DNA of 64,000 nt from Hydrolagus affinis (lineage: Eukaryota): the NCBI GenBank assembly GCA_012026655.1, contig JAAILG010001389.1, positions 1 through 64,000 of the forward strand, given 5' to 3'. The position numbers and the translations under genes were made by a program. Each line of letters opens with the position of its first letter. Positions within the stretch are counted from its first letter, which is position 1. The notes under the pieces are model-generated. The model was not told the DNA's origin and searched no databases. It saw only the letters and a list, made by a program, of their open reading frames with translations. This document shows positions 13,160-24,333 of the stretch, one piece after another.

Positions 13160-13432
13160 GATAATAATAATAAGAATAATCCTTGCATTTTGATGTAGAG
13201 CTTTTCACGTCTTCTAAACTGTGTTTCAAAGCGCTTCACAGAATCTACTATAAAGTGAATTGACTGTATATTTGTGGGCAAAATGTGGCAGCCAATTGTG
13301 CACAGCAGTGTCCCCATAAACAGTCATGGATTGAGATGACCAATTTATTTTTACTATTTTTTTTGGAAGGATTATTATTAGGCGTGAGGAGTAAGGAAAC
13401 TTGCCCAAGGTTTTACCCTGACTTGCCTGGAC
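13160..13432 (-). mobile_element. tRNA-derived SINE lacking most of its head
   Basis: Antisense match to family tail and body up to CCCTGACTTGCCTGGA. Confidence 0.9.
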
Positions 13433-14637
13433 TAACAGCAGTGTCCCACAGATAGCAGAGTGGCTGCCCAGCTGAAGATTTCTGAACTTCTTACTAATGT
13501 CTATATTTCCTGGTCAAGTCCAGATAAACTATACTTTTTTTTTGCAGGAGGGCTGGTTATTGGAAGCAGGAGGGAGGGGAATGGGGTGGGAGTGAGAAAT
13601 GCAAGGAATTGAGTTTAGCAACTGGCGACAACTCGTACTTGTTCCACAAAAAGATGTCACAATCTTCTGACCCGGCGGCAAAACTGCTCATCAACCCGAG
13701 CCAAGCTGACGCACACAATAACTCGGTCTCCCAGGTAATGGGATCTGCTGGATCAGCTTTTGCTGAACCTTTCACTGCATGGTATTGGATTACCAGAGGT
13801 CACAGGTAGGAATTTCAGCCAGTGCAAGGATCGGAAGACATCAAGTTACTTGGACACTGTTGGCACATCGAAGAAACATGTCCATCCATCCATCCCCCAC
13901 CACAATCAGTGCTGTCAGTTCTGGAGTGGGTAAGACCAGCTCATTCACTTACTGTCAATCTATTTTCAACCAACTCAACGCGTCAATTCGGGGTAATGTG
14001 TTTTTGGGGGATGTAACATCAGACTTTGCAAGCGCTCATTCGATCTTCGCATTCAGAAGATGTCAGATAAGCTATATTTTACGTCAGGTTGAGGCACTCT
14101 CTGGCCTCTCCACTGGGAAATCGACCAATTCAGTCGCTTTTTTCACCAGAGTAAGCAATGTGTCTCGCAAGATTCAGCGCATTAACACTTTGCACCCACT
14201 CTGTTGCACAACAAGCAACCCGACAAACAGTTTATCAATGTCATTGCAAGTTTACTGCATGGGACATTTTAAGTACTAAGTTATTAATGTTTAATAAAAA
14301 CAAGATCCCTGTAAACTGGAAATCATCCATAGCAGATACGTTTAGAGTTAGTTCAAGCCACTAGGGCAGATTTCAGATTTTAAACACTATAATTCTGTTT
14401 GGATGTGTATGAACATGCTCTGCTGGTGCTAACTCACTCACTGGAACTATCTATTCTAATAAAATTCTCCTTCTTTACCCATATTGTTTGATATATTTTC
14501 CTCAAGATTTCATCCAATTCTTTTTTAAATGCTGTTTTGGCCTCACCTCCATGAGCTGCCGGGGAAAGTTAGCCATTTTAGGAGAGAATCAAGTTTGGAT
14601 TATGCACAAAGGTCTCTGAGCTCCCAGTCCAGGCTGA

Positions 14638-14742
14638 CAGAAGAGTGTAAAGTAAGGAAACATGTCCAATGTTTTGCCCTGCCAGGAATTGAGCTCCTCG
14701 CTTGTGAGGAGAGTGCTCTAACCATTGAGCTACAGGACTCCA
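14638..14742 (-). mobile_element. SINE head only (tRNA-like part)
   Basis: Antisense of GGAGTCCTGTAGCTCAATGGTTAGAGCACTC... Confidence 0.8.
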
Positions 14743-15277
14743 CAATGTTGTAGGTTTCAGCTTCTTTGGGTGAGACACAAGAGTGGAGGAGGTTACTGTT
14801 CCGGAGACAGAGTTGGAAAGTTTACTCAGGTTCAAACAAAATACTGAGGTTAGATCCTAATCTTGGAGAGCTGGTTAACAATGCAGCATGTGGTGTGTGA
14901 CTTCTCCATGTAGGAATGAGTGATTGACTAGTTGCCATATTTTTTCAGATACCTTATCGATTATCAAAGCTCGTGACAGAGACAACTTCCCTTCAACTGC
15001 AATGAATGAGCTTTAAGTTTTCCTCCCAAACTGCAAAAAAATACATACAATGTATTAGCAGAACAAAATAAATGCAAAATGGGTTTGATGAGGCTTTGAT
15101 GAGGAATAAAATCTCAGGAGGTGCAATACATTGGTTCGTCCACAGTTCGTAGTGAAAGGATTATGAGACAATGCTAATAAACTGGTAGTTTAATCGGTGA
15201 GAAAAACAGCTAACAGGAAACTAGACTTTATTCGTTTTTTTAAAATAAAATTGAAATTAACAAGTGCTAAATGTGAC

Positions 15278-15304
<27 letters not shown>
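15278..15304. repeat. (GA)n microsatellite
   Basis: Seen directly. Confidence 0.95.
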
Positions 15305-15308
<4 letters not shown>

Positions 15309-16074
15309 AAATCCAGTCACAAAGGAGCAGAGCTGAGAGGCAGAAGAGGGAATAGTTTTACTGCGATTTCGATTCTGTTAAAACTGGGTTGTGAAAGCAG
15401 CTGGTAAGATAACCAACACTTTTCAGCACTTGTCTCATCGATAGCTATGACTTACAGAAATCAGATTAAGAAAGCGATTGCACATGACATCCAAACAAAC
15501 AGCTGATGTGCAGGCAACCGTATGCCTTCACATCTTTGGATCTTTTATTTGCAAACCATCTGTAGCCTATTCCTTATCGCCTCTTGCCCACAAAGGACCC
15601 TGATCTCCACACCTCAATTATGTGGACATCTGTTCTGGTCGAGTCTCTCCAGCTTGAAGGCTGCTTATCATCTGGCTTGAAGGGTTCCGAGCTCCTCACC
15701 ATTTCGGCTCATTGGGTCTCACAGTCCTGTAAACGGAAAGCCACCCCAGCCACTTGCACCACCCCCCTCAACTCCCATATAGGAGTGTGTGTATGTTAGT
15801 GCGTGTGCTAATAGCGGTAAATGCAAAACGCCTGTTAATATGAGCAGATATTGGAGGCAAAATGCATTAGAAACATGGGAACGCATTAACAACAAATTGA
15901 AAGTACAAAATTGACAAACTATTGAGTAAAACGCCCGTCTCTGGAGACGAGAGAAATGGAACACAGCTATTTCAAATGCATTCAGTGATGAATCTTGCCA
16001 GCTCGCTGATCCACTGTACTATTGAATGATTGAGCCAGGCCACTTTTCTTCTCACAGTTCCTGACATGGTGTAG

Positions 16075-16372
16075 ATAATAATAATAATCTGCATTTGATG
16101 TAGCATTGAGAAGAATGAAATGATCCCAAAGTGCTTCACAATAATTATTGCTAAGTGTAGCGATTGTGTGTGTTTTTTGTAGGGGTACACAGCAGCCAAT
16201 TTGTCGTGAAGGAGGTGAGAGGCTAATATTATCTGGGGGATTGTGGACCAGGACACTGCAGGAAATAAACTCCCTTCTCTTTCCAATTAGTATCAAGGGA
16301 TCTTTAAAATCTGTCTGAGCAGACAGGACCATAGGATTAACCTTTCACCGAAGAAAGCCACCTCTGATAATG
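16075..16372 (-). mobile_element. Older DeuSINE-like copy
   Basis: Antisense tail plus CCAGGACACTG...AACTCCCT...GGGATCTTTAAAATCTGTCTGAGCAGACAGG. Confidence 0.7.
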
Positions 16373-18080
16373 GAGCTTCTTCGATTCAATCCACGACTGT
16401 TTGTGGGGACACTGCAGTGCGCGTTTGGCTGCTGCTTTTCGCCCATATACAGTCAATTCACTTTCCAGCAAATTCTGTCCAGAAGACGTGATAAGCACTA
16501 TATCAAATGCAAATATTATTATTATCTAATACTGAGTTGGAATTCCAGTTTAACGGTAATTTCAAAGGGAAAGGAGAGAGAATTGAGGGTGCCGCATAGC
16601 ACGGTGACTATACTTTACAGTGTATCCTATGAAGCACTTTCAGCCGTCTCAATGACATATTAAGGCGCTATATCAAAATGCAAGGACTATTATTAGAAAG
16701 GGGCAAATAGAGAGAGAGATACTAAAATGGAAATTATAAAATGGATCTGCAATGAATAAAAAAATTAAAAATAAATATAACTGCTATTATTTCTTGGAGT
16801 AAATTTTTTTTAGCTCCCACAGTTTTGCACACTAAAATTTCTGAAACGTTCGGTCTTTTAAGAAAACGGATAAGCATGGAACAAATAACTTCTGCCCAAA
16901 TCTTATGCAACACACTTTCCACGCATCAAATATAACAAATCTATCTCTGGAGGGAAAGATCTATAAGATTTCTCTTTCGTTCCCCAAAGATAATCTAGCA
17001 AACCTCCCGAATTATCAGCCACCCGTGACCGCTCTGATCAACCCTCACCTGCTAACGTTTCCCATCGATACAATGGTACACAAAAACATCTTGTCCAATA
17101 AAAAGCTTCTGAGTAACTCAATCGATATCCATCCCTTTAACCTTCAATTCAAATATCCATCCAGTTCCTGTCTCAAGCAGTTAACCTAAAAAAGGATCAA
17201 ACCACCTTAGCCAGAAGTCTTTTTGCCATCCTATTGTGCTCGGAAGAAACAGAACAATTCCCAGGATGAAATCCGTCCTATCATTTCATGTCTGTTTGCC
17301 AGGCTTGCTGTACTCAAATTGGCTGCTGCGTTTGCCCACAAAATACACAGTCGCTTCACTTTACAGTAAACCATGTGAAGCACTTCGGATTGTCCCCCTG
17401 ACACTACACACAAAATATGAATGCAAATGGCACCAACTAACTGTATGGTACTGCTGTTGATCGCCAGCAAAATATAATAGGTATTTTAAGTCATTTACGA
17501 GCAGCATAAACAGCACAACAAACCACTCACATTTGTATATTGCCCCTCAAGTCCCACAGGTGTCAATACAGCAGTAGAGATACCAGTGAACACAGAAATT
17601 TCTATGCAAGTGTGGAACTCTTTGTGATTTGGAGTTTGGATCTCTTAAGTATGGTAATAAGATGTGAAAAGCGCTATATCAAAAGCAAGGATTATTCTTC
17701 TCATTATTATTAATGGGTTTCCGCATGATTCAGGCGTGGGACTGACTGAACTAAGAAGCTCTAGTCGTCACTGTATTAATACTTGTGTTTGATATTATGC
17801 CTTGCATGTAATAACAACAATTCTTGCCTTTGATATAGCACCTTATCAATATTCGAGGCGACTCAGAGCACTTCATTGAATATACTGTAGATTGAATTGA
17901 CTGTATGTTTTGTGGGCAAAATGTAGGGAGGATGTCTCAAAGTGCTTCGCAGGATTCACTGTGAAGCCTAGTGACTGCGTGCGTTTTTCTTAGAAGGTGA
18001 ACTAGCCCCTCGTTTATCCATAATATTCTGTTTCCCTTTACAAAATTGGTTTTCTACCCAAACCAACTGGAAGCTCATGT

Positions 18081-18541
18081 GGAGCTCCTGTAGCTCAGTG
18101 GTTAGAGCTCTCGCCTTACAAGTCAGGTTAGTCAGAACCTGTTCTGTTCTGACAAAAGGTTGTAGACCCGAAACGTTGACTCCTTTTCCTTTCTCCATGG
18201 ATGCTGCCTGACCTGCTGAGTTTCCCCAGCAACTTCTGTTTATGTTTTAGATTCCCAGCATCTGCAGTATTTTGTGTTTTGTAGATCAGGATGAAACCTT
18301 GGGCAAGTTTCCTTACTCCACATTAATAATAATCCATCCAAAAAAATCACAATAATAAAATTGGTCATTTCAATCCATGACTGTTTGTGGGACTCTGCTG
18401 TGTGCAATTGGCTGCCGTGTTTCGCTCACAAATCCACAGTCAATTCACTTTACAATATATTCTGTGAAGTGCTTTGAGACATCAATAAGATGTGAAAAGT
18501 GCTATATCAAAGCAAGGATTATCATTATTATTTATTATTAT
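18081..18541 (+). mobile_element. tRNA-derived SINE (TAC) interrupted by a Penelope-like insert
   Basis: Head at 18081-18122; body resumes at AGATCAGGATGAAACC (~18283) and runs to the (ATT)n tail. Confidence 0.92.
18131..18282 (+). mobile_element. Penelope-like retroelement terminal fragment with degenerate hammerhead motif
   Basis: TTCTGACAAAAGGTTGTAGACCCGAAACGTTGAC...GATGCTGCCTGACCTGCTGAG...CCAGCATCTGCAGTATTTTG; homologous to the copies at 59671 and 60322. Confidence 0.75.
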
Positions 18542-19517
18542 AGAAGGTGAAATCCTTGCAAGTCGTAACCATCTTCTGACGTGCTCACATGTGTAACCTA
18601 ACCCAATGCCTTCTGGAAATTCAAGTCAACGACTTTCCCCAAAGAATTCAGTCAATTGCGAGCAACAATATACTGCTTGTCTATGACTCCTTCCAGCCTA
18701 ATGAGCCTCCCTGCTCGTGGGAGATTAACTATGAGCTAGCCAGTGTTCAAATTAAAGCATTTTGCATAAAGCTTGGGGTGGGTAAAGGATATTTGTATGC
18801 CCTTTGCCGACTAATGAAAGCGGTTTTCTCATCTCCAGTGAAATACAACCTGCATCAGATGCAATTCATGCTGCGTCCCTAAAACCCATCAACAAAATAA
18901 AGCACTGAAGGAGAAGCTTATCTGCTGTTAATTTACCACTGAGGTACGATTTAATATCATAATTTTAAGCACTCTAACGGGAAATTAGTTCTTCAGTGCA
19001 CTAACAGTGTATCAGAAGCAATAAGGCGCCCTTAGAGTGGAGCCAGAACAGCAATTGCAAACGTAATTAGCAAGCAGATAATTAATACAATAAAAATCCA
19101 GTTATGCACACAAAGAACAGAAGACCCCAAAGTATGTCAAGAAGGTTTCACGCTGCAATTTCACATTATTCAGTGAAAACATACTTCACAAAACTTGTTA
19201 GCTGTGCAAACCAATTCCTGAGATAGCAGCAGAAGCTTTAAAAAATTAAACAGCTTACACAAGGAATACTGCATTAAACTGTGCAATACTGCACAGCGCA
19301 GATACTCATAAATTTGGGGTTGGAGAGACTCTTTATGACAAGTCTATGTCTTAATGTTCCAATGTAGCTACAGTAGATGAAAAGGCATAAATTGTTGGAG
19401 GCACAGCTGAGACTTTTACTGTTAGATTTATAGCTTCCGATGTCTTCCTGCTTTGGAACTGTTGTATGGGTGCAGCCTTGACTAAGTTAGAAAAAGGTAG
19501 TGACAAAATGGCGCACG

Positions 19518-19568
19518 TATATATATATATATATATATATATACATACATACATACTGTATATATATG
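19518..19568. repeat. (TA)n/(TACA)n microsatellite
   Basis: Seen directly. Confidence 0.95.
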
Positions 19569-19799
19569 TAAAACAGATTCTTGAAATACGAAAACCAAAT
19601 TCAAAACTTGAAATTCACTTCATGAAACTGAATGACTAATTTCAGCATAATAACATAATATATTGCACTTGGTACAGCACCTTATCAGGTCTCCGAGACG
19701 CCTTGAGACACATCTAGAGGTATACTAGATGTACCTGCAGTAAACACATCTGTTATTGAAGTGGTTTAGCTGAATGTAATTAAAAAAAAGATATTTCGG

Positions 19800-20005
19800 G
19801 ACAGGTACCAGGAGAGATCTTTACCGAGAGGGTAACCAATGATGGAAACAGATTGCCAGAAAGGGTGGTTGAGACCAGGATGCTGGACTTAATTTAAACA
19901 CAGCTCAGTATTGTGATGGGCGGATGTTACGTTGGCATGTTGGACGGTTGAGACGAAATGGACAGAACAGCTTTCTTCATCCGAGCTGACCTTGTGTTAT
20001 TGTGA
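19800..20005 (+). mobile_element. Old CR1-like 3' end
   Basis: TTTACCGAGAGGGTAACCAATGATGGAAACAGATTGCCAGAAAGGGTGGTTGAG resembles the CR1 terminal motif FTxRVxxxWNxLPxxVVE. Confidence 0.6.
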
Positions 20006-21375
20006 AATAAAAGTAATTTTGTATAGTGATCAATTGGCTGGCATGTTTCCCCCACAAAACATATAGTCATTTCACTTCACAATGTATTCTGCGAAGCGCT
20101 TTGAGTCGTCCCATATCATATAAGGCGCCATATCAAATTCAATTATTATTATTATTAAGGCATTTAGTGTCAAACGTCACCTAAGATAAAACGTGAGGGA
20201 GAACACCGTTTGTAACAAAAACATAAATTGACGTTTAATTAGTCTGGGAATTAAGTAGGAGATGGACACAGTGAAGAGATTATGGCTGAAATGAGAGCCA
20301 GCCAGCTGTTTGCTTCATTGTCAGAGCATTATTTGCTAACCAGCTATTGTATATAATGCCATAATGTCTGTCAACAATTTCAACTTTGATACATTTCCCC
20401 CAATAAAACGTAATGGAAATGACAAAAAGATTTACTTCTGTATCCAAATAGCTCTCAATAAGGCTCTGTCGTGTCTGACTGTGGCGATAATTTTCAAGCC
20501 AATTAGGCAGTTTATAGCTTCGGAATCCATTTGTTCTTGATTTTATATGTTGATTTCATACCCATCAGAAACCTGCAAAATCAGGCTCAATATTTCAAAC
20601 GTCTAATTTCCCTCTTCCGAATTGAGTGTGGCCGGCTTTTTAAAAATGCAAGACAACTGAGACTTAAACCATTATTTGTACCGCTCCTCCCCTCTCTTTC
20701 TCTCTGTCTCTGCCCCTCTCTTTCACACCTCTTCAATCCTCCCCCCCTCTGTCTTTTGCACCAAGAACAATCTCACCCAACTCTGCTCAGTAAATTGACT
20801 AGAATACAGTGCAACTAATCAATTTATGAGGCGTGGTAGGTTTTTAAGGTGCAGGGCTTCAAATATCATCCATTTCAGGACAAGGTATCTCTCTGTACAA
20901 AAATGTATTGACAGGATCACTGCCAAGGATTGCTCTACGTCCTTAAGAGATATTTAATTAAGCACAAATTTGTTATCTTGTGGGCCTTTTATAGAAGTTC
21001 AAAATATAAATACTGTGTATATAAAGGAGAAAGTAATATCACAGCAATTATTCGACGACCCGCTCCTCGGAATATAAAACCCACTGCGAGACTATGCTGG
21101 TGTTTCTATTTACTGCACACTGTGAAAATGTAGTTTGCAGTCAAACTGTCCTATTTTCTAATGCAATGACTTTGTAAAAGTCATTACAACTCACAACAGT
21201 CTGGGCAGAAGATAATGACATTGCCGCTGTTATAGCTCCTCAGGTACTGTTGCTCGGCTGAATATAGCCTGAATGAAACAATGTCATTTCAATACTATCT
21301 GCCACTTTGTAAGAACTACTGTCGTGCTGAGTTAAATTCACTCACAATCTCCTCACCTTACCGTGCAATCCGGGA

Positions 21376-21495
21376 GGGAGGGGGTGGGCAGGCAGTAGGG
21401 AGGGGGTGGGCAGGCAGTAGGGAGGGGGTGGGCAGGCAGTAGGGAGGGGGTGGGCAGGCAGTAGGGAGGGGGTGGGCAGGCAGTAGGGAGGGGGG
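21376..21495 (+). repeat. Minisatellite, 5+ perfect copies of the 22-bp unit GGGAGGGGGTGGGCAGGCAGTA
   Basis: Units start at 21376, 21398, 21420, 21442 and 21464, plus a partial unit at 21486. Confidence 0.97.
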
Positions 21496-21589
21496 CTTCA
21501 ATGCGATGTGCAATAGCAGTCACACAGAGATATTGCTTAGTTTATACCACCTCCCACCCACATTCCAACCAACAGTCAGTAAAGGATCA

Positions 21590-21921
21590 GAATAAGAATC
21601 TTTGCATTTGATCTAATACTTTATCACATTGTTGAGATGTTACAAAATGCTTCACAGAATATATTGTGAAGTGCATATGATATACTTTGTGGGCCAAACA
21701 CAGCAGCCAATTGCACACAGTAGTGTAGTCATGGATTTGGGGAGGGGGGTATTATCCCTGGAAAGCGATCCATCAATCAGTTAACAACCGGGTTTCCCCC
21801 TAACTGCTGGGTAAAACAGAGGCGTGTGAAGTAAGGAAGCTTGCCGAGGGTTTTTGCCCGGTCCTGGGATTGAACCAGGGACCTCTCGCTTGCGAGGGTA
21901 ACCACTAGGCTACGGGACTCC
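21590..21921 (-). mobile_element. tRNA-derived SINE, long subfamily
   Basis: Antisense tail; central block (GGTAAAACAGAGGCGTGTG); head ending CTACGGGACTCC. Confidence 0.85.
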
Positions 21922-22904
21922 AATTTGGATAAACTAAGCAGGTACAAGTGCAATGCAATTCAAAGCACTTGCTCTACTTCCCCAGGGATACGTCCGTAGC
22001 CTTCTGAGATACTGTGACAGTGGAGGGCTCCTGTTTGGCTGGTTTAATTTCATGTAAGTGGCAATCAATCACGGGGAGTTGGACGCACAGAAAAGCTCAC
22101 AGGCGCACAGTGAATTACAAAGCGACCAAGCTCCAAAATCTTCCACGCCAATTATTTTGAATCGTAAGTGCGACTTCACTCCTATAATCACCCTTCCCTT
22201 GGAGAATAAAACTTCTCCCGCGCAAAGATACATCGCATTCGTTTCACCTAAGTTGTCACACGGGCAAATCTGTTAAAAAGGAACGCCAACCAAAAAAAAA
22301 TAGACTCACAAATGTAAGAGAGAGAGGAAAAATCAACTGCTATAAATGCAAATGTAATACTCTGTATTGCAGGAAAGTGCCTCTAATTTATTGATCCTCA
22401 TTTGCCCTGAAAATCTTTAATTTGTTTTCCTGAGGTTGTGCAGATGGAATATCAACAAGTCATTCAATCAGACCAATAAAACCTCCCAAATTCATTAGCC
22501 CAAAATAGGTGATTGCTGCATTAGATGCATAGTCTAAAATGTCACAGCCCTCTGGGGGGAACAACGGAATCTACGAGAGACATTGTGTCTGTTACAGCTC
22601 TGTAATGACATGCTGGTCACACCTTCCATTTACTGGAACCTAGGACAACCGACGACTCATCAATAATCCATCTTTTGCTCCTTTTTGATACAGTCATACG
22701 ACAAAATACAAACTGAATCGCAAGCAAGCGGTGAGAGATGCAGTTTCCATGCGTGGTCTGAAGGCAATTTCAGCCTTCTTGCCAAGCTCTCCCGGATGCT
22801 AGCGAGCTGTAAAAATGCAAGTTGTTGTTGTTCTGGGTTATAGCACAGTCGACAGTGGCCCGGGGGAGTATGCCAATCACACCTGGAAAAACACACAGCC
22901 TTCA

Positions 22905-23027
22905 CGTTTCGCCCGCAAATATACACTCAATTCACTTTACAGTATGTTCTGTGAAGCACTTTGAGATGTCCAGAAGACGTGGAAAGCGCTATCGCAAATG
23001 CAAGGATTATTATTGTTGTTATTATTA
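22905..23027 (+). mobile_element. SINE 3' fragment
   Basis: GTTTCGCCCGCAAATATACACTCAATTCACTTTACAG...GCAAGGATTATT. Confidence 0.85.
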
Positions 23028-24134
23028 TCTGCGAGTACACAGTCACTACAATTGATAGGAAAAAAAATCCTGTGCAGCACTTTGGGACATCCACCTGCCA
23101 TGGAAGGCGCTTTAATCAAATGTTAGGGTAATTATTATTTACAGCCAACGCTTGCCAGAGTGGAGAAAATGACGAGACCAGGGCACAGAGTACGATATTA
23201 TCAGTCAAGCAAAACGATTTGCAAAGCACACACCGACTGCACTAAAAACACTAACCTGTTGTGCGACTGAGAGTAATTTGGCACTAACCTATTTTAAGTG
23301 TCTCTTTCCTGATTTATTTCAATTAAGTGTGCAGCAATTGGCTCTGCTGGGGCAAGTTCAATATTTGAAAATCATTTTAAAAGGCTATATTAATATTTGC
23401 CCAATTAGCTAATACAGTAATTGAACACTATTGGAATATAGTTGGCAAACACTCACTTCTCACGCAGACATCAGCGAATGTAGATTCGTCTCGCAAAATG
23501 AAAATCACCATCTGCCACCGTAAAGAGCTGTCATTTCCCAGTGAAACTAATTTATATAGAGTTCTCGTACAGCTGTGCATTTTGTTTCCTTTTGATCAAA
23601 AGCAATTTAACGTTTATATTTAGGTAATTGCAGATATTTAAATAAATAGTAACAATCCTTGCATTCGATTTCACATCAGGCGGACATCTCAATCCAATCC
23701 AAAATAAAATGGCATTTGTATAGTGCCTTTCACGTCCCTTTTTTGTGAAATGTGGTGCCTGTATATTTTCTAGGCCAATGTGGCAGTCGTTTTCCGCATA
23801 ACATCGTCCCACAAATAGCCATGAAGAGCACAGCCCTATTTGATCTGGGTGCGCAATTGGTTGCCACATTGGGCCGACAAAATATACAGTCAATTCACTC
23901 AACAGTATATTCTGTCAAGCTCTTTGAGAAGTCTCAGAGATAACGATAAGGCCCTGTATACCAAATGCAATGATTATTATTTAATATTGTTTTGTAGTTT
24001 GCGCCGCAACCCAGAAGAACAAAAGACGCTTGTGACAGGAATCAGCACTGCTGAGTGCTGCACTTCACTGCTGAGAAATGGGATTTTAAAGTCATCTTTC
24101 CTTTCCAGTTAACTACGTTTCAGTCTTGCAAAAA

Positions 24135-24333
24135 TAATCATCCCTCAAAACAAACACAATAATAAATTGTTCATTTAAATCTGCGACTGTTTGTGGGACA
24201 CTACGGTGCGCAATTGGCTGCTGCGTTTCGCCCACAAATATACAGTCAATTCACTTTACAGTATATTCTGTGAAGCGCTGTGAGATGTCTCGAAAACGTG
24301 AAAAGCTCTATATCAAATGCAAGCATTATTATT
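24135..24333 (+). mobile_element. SINE, 5'-truncated
   Basis: Family body and tail. Confidence 0.88.

Noticed and set aside
13779-14279. 166-aa ORF and nearby splice-like signals (13545-13810)
   Set aside because: No recognisable protein similarity or consistent exon frame.
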